This document shows, one piece after another, positions 57,371 to 64,000 of a DNA stretch of 64,000 nucleotides (the first letter of the stretch is position 1; each line of letters opens with the position of its first letter). Location of the stretch: assembly GCA_020137815.1 (NCBI GenBank), contig CM035351.1, positions 5,084,001 to 5,148,000 on the forward strand, read 5' to 3'. The notes under the pieces are model-generated. The model did not search any database. It was not told where the DNA came from and saw nothing but the letters and a program-made list of their open reading frames with translations. The translations under genes were made by a program, and so were the position numbers. Source of the DNA: Hormiphora californensis (taxonomy: Eukaryota > Animalia > Ctenophora).

Positions 57371-59565
57371 AATAATAACAATAACATTTAACATTTATAA
57401 ATCGCTTTTGAGCGAAAAGTGTTTATCTCGATCGACTTATACTAAAGCGTCCTTTCGATCAAAACTCGCTTTCTAAAGCGCATCTTCGTATCAATGTCCT
57501 TCTAAAAGTCCTCGTTGTCATATAATTAAATACATAGTAAATAAGTTAATTAAAAAACAGCATAAACTGTCACATATAATTAATAAATAGTTAATAAGTT
57601 AATCAAAACAGCATAAACTGAACACTGAATATCCACAAGATAGAATCATACAAAAGTCTAGAAAAATATAGCGCAACAGAGGCCATAGATCTCAACGTAA
57701 AAATTACACCAGTTTCAATAAGGAACTTGAAAGGTCAAAGGTGTGCCCGTCATGGAAAAGATGAGGTCTTAATCAGGTAATGTTGAGCTTGGTCTTGAAA
57801 AATGGTGTATTCGTGTCATTGCAGAGTATGATAGTGAACGATAAGACTTCAAATCCCTTTTGGCAACATTGTGATATGATATCCTGTGAATAGAGAGTTG
57901 ATAGATTTCTACATGAAACGAAAATGGAAAGAGCAACAACAACTGCAAATGCAGTTCAGAAAGATATAAAACGCTCTTGGATCAAGGGATCCAAAGATAG
58001 CAAAATACAAACTAAAGTCCAATTTCCCACTCAAGCGACAGGTCGCCACACACCAACTCGCTAAACAGATGTGAAACTGGCTGAACCAGTGACACTCGAC
58101 AAGGCAGAGACCGGATCCCGGCCGCAACGGCCAGATAAAGTATACTCTATCCAGTGTTACCAGGATCAAGCCCCATACCACCAAGACAAGAGAAAAGAAT
58201 TAAGTGCCCGGCACCCCGCCACTCGAGTAGAAAATTGGACTATACCCAAACCTAGGTAAAAAGCCGCGCAATAATACAGAAATATACAACCTGGGTGAAA
58301 GTCCGTTTACCAGTTTGGCCCATGGCCGTGATAGAGTGAAACTTCTTGGCAACCATGCCAAATAAGGTGCAGATGAAGTGAAGATCCTGTTCCCTTAACC
58401 GCTCGAGAAAGAGAACAAACACACACACAAACACTTTGAGTAAACTAAACGGTATCAGTTAGAGAATCGATAGCCCTAACCGATAACCCCAAACCAAACC
58501 CTAACCAGACCCTAACGGATAGCCCTAACCCGTCGCGCGCGCCAAAACTACGAATTGTTAGCAATGAAAGGCACCCAGATTTTAACGTTTTCCGCAAGGC
58601 ACCCAGGCACCCGCAAGGCACCCAGATTATAATCGCGCCCGCCAGATAAGAATTCTGGTCGGATCGAGCTCGTGCCGCGGCGCGCGGCTCTGTTAAACAA
58701 TCGCGCGTCGCATACTTGCAGCGGTAATTTTGATAAATGTCACCGCGACCGGCTCCACAAGTTTAGTTTTGTGAGACGATTTCTTTTTTACGAAATTTGT
58801 CGCGAGTTTCTGACGGCTCCCGTCTCACGGCCACCCACCAGGGCCCTGCAGGGCGCTGGCGGCAGGCCAAGAAAACACGGGAGCTGCACCGAGCCGTAAT
58901 ACCGGTGCATTGAGGACAGTCTTTTATAAAAGATAAGTCTCCGACGGAATTCCGCTTCGTGAGACCTCTGACCCAGCGGCCAGCTGCATGACGGATGACC
59001 ACATGACAACAGTAAAGACTCAAGAGTCAAGAGAGTTTCCTGCAGGTGAATCAACGATGTCAGTGTAAACCTCATTCATTACACGCCCAACTCCATTAAT
59101 CTTGAAGATGTACTGCAAAAGGCATAAAGTTGTCCTGCCCTTAAATTTAGAAACGAGTTAAAATGAGCAGAGCCAATGTGTATCGCGTGTGTGTTTCTAA
59201 GATCCCATTACATTGCCAAAATTAACTTTTGAGTCTCTTGGAGGCCTCTGTACTTTTTTACGAATCGCTATTGTTAATTTAAAAAATCGCTATTGTTAAT
59301 TATTTTTATGTTGGTTTCACAATTCATGCGTCGCGAAAGTTGAACTATTGCGTCACTGCTCGGAATGGAACGAACCCCTTATAGCAGGTCACCGTATTAG
59401 CAGAGATCTCCCCACTGTGAGATTTCCTAAGTTGTTGAAAATAACAGAGTTGTTGTGACCTTAAAATAGTTAAAACCTGTGTAGCGTGTATGTGAAATAT
59501 GATAGCACATACCGGCCAAGTGTTAAGTATAATCCAATTCAAAGCCTTTCTTCCCATTTAGATGA

Positions 59566-61470
59566 ATGAAGCCACCACCAGGAAATGCTAACAACTTTCC
59601 ACTGCAAATGATGGGCGCTGATAACTCCCCTAAAAAAGAGAAAACGGAGAAACCTTTACGATTATCACTCTCTCGATCGAAACTGATTCACATACCGGAT
59701 TCCATGGACATTGATTCAGTGAAACAGACCCAGGAAAATATCAACGGGAACACGAGTCCAGAAACGCCAGAAAAGGGAAAAGAAAAGGCGGTGGGAGGGC
59801 AGACGAACGTGAAGATCAACGGAGAAAAGGTTAAAAGGCCTGCAGAAATATCTCAAAGAAAGACCCCGAAAAGCGATTTGGGGGCAAGAAAGTCTGTAAG
59901 TGGAGGGACGCCCGTGTTACAAAGAAAGGCTGCAGGAAAGGCTTACCAAGAAAGAGCCTCATTGGAAGCTGTTGGAAAAGCGAAGAAAATGGGTAATGTA
60001 TTGAGTCCGAAAAAGAATGCAGAATCTAAAGTTGCCAAAACGAAAGACTCTGATCAAAATAAGGACAACAGTGTAAGCGATGCCGAAGATGATGTAGAGA
60101 AATCAGACCAAAGTAGGATAGAACCACTAGCGAATGAAGTTGATTCATCAGTAAGCAGAGAAACTGAAAACACCGCGGAGGAATCAACGGTAACTTGCAG
60201 CAAGTCTCCCGAACCAGTCGAACCTAACTCTTCTGAACCTGAACAGATTCAAGTACCCAAACGACCAAAGTCATCAGAATATACCTCCCCTGAATTAGTA
60301 CAAGTCTCCAAACGGCCAAAACCAACGGAATCCGGCTCTCCTGAACTTGTGCAAGAATCCAAACCAAAGTCAGCAGATTGTGACTCTTCAGAACAGATTG
60401 AAGAACCCAAACTGGCAAATCCAGCCATTATCGAAATTGATTCTTCGCCTGATAGCTCCAGTAGTGACAGTGATTCGGAATCAGAGAGTGATGAATGTGA
60501 AGTAACGGCAGTAAGAATCGTGAAGATGAAGCCAGTCCTAAAGCTCAAGGCTAGACCGTTCTCCCTGTGTCTCATCAAGAGGAAGTTATCCGAGGAAAAG
60601 ATGGCTTTGCTTCGAAGTTACTGTCTTCGAAAAAAGGTATAATGACATGATTTTTCAGAAAAAAATTGGGTCGATTAGTTAGAGTTTAATCAATAACCAT
60701 GACGGTGTTTTAATCTTTATCTACTTTCCACCCCTCAGGAACAACCAAAGCTACCAGTACCAGCACCAAGACTATCGCTTGGTGCAAAAATGAAGGTTAC
60801 GCCTACTCGAGCAGAACTTAGAGTCGGTCGAAGTTCAGAACCAATTCGGCTAATCTCGAATAATATCCCATATACGAACAAGTTCCAACGGTTCTTCAGT
60901 CCAGAGCTAAACAGGTATTGTACACTGTTGTTCACTATATTATTCCAGTCCAAGAATACAAGCTCCCTGAGTGTTTTAAACGTCCTTATCGCAACCTATC
61001 CGATAACAAAAATCTACTTCCTACTTTCAGAGTTAAAAGTCAAAGTGCTGTTATTCTCACGGATAGGTCACCTTCTACTAAGAATCGATCAGGGTAAGTT
61101 AATCTGTTCAGTATTTTTTCTCCTAAAATCTAATAGTGAAATGGGCTAAAAAGTAAAAAAATAGATTAATGGTTTTAATTGACAAACCGTTGCCCTGATT
61201 TTCAGCCATTTTGATATTTTTTTGAGACAGATTGAATCACAGCGATTTCTGACAGTCTTTACAAGTTCTGCTACGTCCAGACATGTCTTACATCGTATTT
61301 CACATCAGAAAATACCAAAAATAGACCTAAATTATGCCAAAAACTAACAGAAATTAGTTGGCTGGAAAGGTGACCACTTTTATTGTCAAACTTACACCTT
61401 TGCCCGGCCCGGGTTACGGAAATAGAGGGAAAGGGAGAGAGAAAGGGAGAAAGAGAGAGAGGGAGAAAGG

Positions 61471-61520
<50 letters not shown>

Positions 61521-61600
61521 TAGAGGTAGAGTATAGAGCATAGAGAGGAGCTCCTCGTCTAGATCTACGTACTCTATCTTTATCTATCTCTCTCTCTTCT

Positions 61601-61656
<56 letters not shown>

Positions 61657-63972
61657 ACTCTCTCTTCTCTCTCTTTCCTCGCTTCCGTCTCTGCTCTCTC
61701 TCTCTTCTCTCTCTCTGCTCTCTTCTCTCTCTCTCTCTCTCTCCCTCTCTCTCTTCTCTCTCTCTCTCCCTTTCTCTTCCCCTTCCTTCCCCCCCCCCGG
61801 AGGGCAAAGGTGTATTTGACAAATAAAGTGGTCACCTTTCCAGCCAACTAATTTCTGTTAGTTTTTGGCATAATATTTTCTAAAATTCTTCCCAAAATTT
61901 ACTAAAGGGGTGTAATCGTATGGCTTTCCGCTTTCTACATCATTAGAGATATCACAGAATCGGGGGGGGGGGGGGGGCACCTCCCTAGTTTCACTTGTAT
62001 TGCTTCCACCCCTCACTGATCAAGATTAGCTCTCTAATCTCCATCAAACTACACATCCAAAGTGAATATTTTAGTCCAATTCACCCTGTTTGTTTCTCTT
62101 GTGTGTTTTAATGATGCAGTTTGTAATCCCGGCAGTTTATTCGGGCGGCAGTTTGAACTACAAGTATGTTATTCATCGTTTGACTGTCACACAAGAAATT
62201 ATCCCACAAATTATCCATGTTATTTGTAGTCCTCCCCGCGCTAACAACAAATTATCCATGTTATCAGCCCATAGAAATCCTTGATGAGTTGTTCCTACAT
62301 GTAACTTGATCGGCATCTAAGGGTTTCACTGTTCCCTATAACGGCAATGTGACGAACCGAACACTAAACTATCCCAACAAGTTAGCTCACTGTTCCCCAC
62401 AGCAACAAGTTAGCTCACTGTTCCCCACAGCAACAAGTTAGCTCACTGTTCCCCACAGCAACAAGTTAGCTCACTGTTCCCCACAGCAACAAGTTAGCTC
62501 ACTGTTCCCCACAGCAACAAGTTAGCTCACTGTTCCCCACAGCAACAAGTTAGCTCACTGTTCCCCACAGCAACAGGTTAGCTCACTGTTCCCCACAGCA
62601 ACAAGTTAGCTCACTGTTCCCCACAGCAACAAGTTAGCTCACTGTTCCCCACAGCAACAAGTTAGCTCACTGTTCCCCACAGCAACAAGTTAGCTCACTG
62701 TTCCCCACAGCAACAAGTTAGCTCACTGTTCCCCACAGCAACAAGTTAGCTCACTGTTCCCCACAGCAACAGGTTAGCTCACTGTTCCCCACAGTAACAA
62801 GTTAGCTCACTGTTCCCCACAGCAACAGGTTAGCTCACTGTTCCCCACAGCAACAGGTTAGCTCACTGTTCCCCACAGCAACAGGTTAGCTCACTGTTCC
62901 CCACAGTAACAAGTTCTCTTTTTCAGGAAAAGTGTTGCTGTGATATTATCAGAGAGTAGCATCAGTTCAGACGAAGAAGAGGGGAATGCGACAAAACCAA
63001 AGTATGTGTTTGTCTTCTGGTTCTGGTCTCGAAAGTAGAAGCTAGATTCTCATATTTAGCTACCCACACCCCCATTGTTTATCAAGACCCACCCCATTGT
63101 TTCAGGCTACCAGCTGCTATCATAATAAGCGAAGGGGAGGATGCAGATGAGGATTACCAACCAACGGAGGTACGTACCTACCACATTACATTCTTTAGCA
63201 GTTAGTTAGGAACAATTGAGTATTAAATTACCTCGTTTTGAGAGAGAATCAGTTGAAGTAACAGAAGCCCCTAACAAAAGTTCAATTTCAGGAACCTAAA
63301 GAGGCAACAGATAAATTCTTTGAAAAACTGAAGAACCTGCAAGACACTCGAAACCAGCAAAGTCCAAGATACGCACAAAACACATTACCAATGAAAATGG
63401 TAGACCCACATGAACGGGGTCCGACCATGATCAACAGAAAACACTGCTACTTCGGCCAAACTGTCCACAAAGAGCACAACTACAGTTCATCCATCGCTGG
63501 ACCATCCAATCCGGAGTGCCGGGTAACACCTCACCGAAAATTTTGGAAGAAACGGAATAAATCGTACCAATTGGAGTACAAAAAGTTTACAGACACTCTT
63601 GAAAAACCGGCGTATGTTATGAGTGAGCCGTGGATGTTTGTTCCTGTTTTATCAGATATCGACGGAGAGCTAACGACCTTGAAAACAGGGTTAGGATTTG
63701 AAGAAGTGGCGAGGGCCATGCTGAAAAAGGAACAACCTTGTAGTGCTAAGACTGTCAAGGAGTTGGTATGTGCCAGATGTGACATTGACTTTTCTTTTGA
63801 GTGGTTCACGTTCAAAGCACAGCGGTTGTGTGGGATGTGTTATAAACGGGAGGTGAAGAACCGTAATGGGGTGATTTATTGGACTGAGGTTACATCACAG
63901 GTCCGGGAGTTTACGAAACGGGAAAATATTAGGAAACCTTCAACTCCAGTTGCAGCCCCGAAAATACCCTAA
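59566..63972 (+). CDS. GATAD2: p66/GATAD2-like NuRD subunit candidate; exons include 59566-60637, ~60739-60914, 62927-63002, 63106-63168, 63292-63972
   Basis: C-terminal LKTGLGFEEVARAML...LVCARCDIDFSFEW...RLCGMCYKREVK resembles p66 CR2 (LVGLEEVV...CAQC.TDFT..W...LCE.C). LIKRKLSEEKMALLRSYCLRKK resembles the CR1 coiled coil. Internal exon structure is only partly resolved. Confidence 0.55.
61331..61875. repeat. Foldback of about 545 bp: ~75-bp unique inverted arms enclosing GA-rich then CT-rich tracts
   Basis: attatgccaaaaactaacagaaattagttggctggaaaggtgaccacttt...cacctttgccc, with its reverse complement at 61802-61875. Confidence 0.85.
62375..62906. repeat. 19 x 28-bp tandem repeat (caacaagttagctcactgttccccacag)
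   Basis: 532 bp = 19 units. Only caacag and taacaa variants occur, and there are no spacers. Confidence 0.97.
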
Positions 63973-64000
63973 TTTATTGCACTGTTTTTTAATTCACATT

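Noticed and set aside
57660-58440. Possible decayed non-LTR RT fragment (GGMGL-like motif)
   Set aside because: Only one short motif among many stops; insufficient support.
62375-62906. CRISPR array (28-bp repeats)
   Set aside because: The repeats are contiguous with no unique spacers, there are no cas genes, and the context is a eukaryotic intron.

Overview
This is animal genomic DNA with short GT-AG introns, (GA)n/(CT)n microsatellites and LINE and MITE remnants. The compact layout and an acceptor AG just before most start codons suggest a trans-splicing invertebrate such as a ctenophore (inference, not proven). Genes from left to right: a secreted galactose-binding-like protein; an E-protein/daughterless bHLH gene whose bHLH exon the ORF track misses; an ORF1-only CR1/L2-type retroelement and a 5'-truncated RT fragment; two orphan MAD1 C-terminal exons; a tight + strand cluster (Homer, acidic AT-hook-like protein, MRPL37-like, H2A.Z, an unknown protein, a P-loop protein); a tight - strand cluster (two DHCR7-galectin units, ASB, PRPF31, Lunapark); and a p66/GATAD2-like gene. 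The most notable structures are a 3.6-kb non-coding foldback element with a 5-bp target-site duplication and 32-bp minisatellite arms, operon-like clusters with apparent trans-splice acceptors, a plant/DWF5-type DHCR7 duplicated with multi-CRD galectins, and a 19x28-bp array of splice-signal-like units. Several stretches look like low-quality long-read consensus, so some frameshifts are probably artefacts. All family assignments come from motif recognition by eye; no database search was run.
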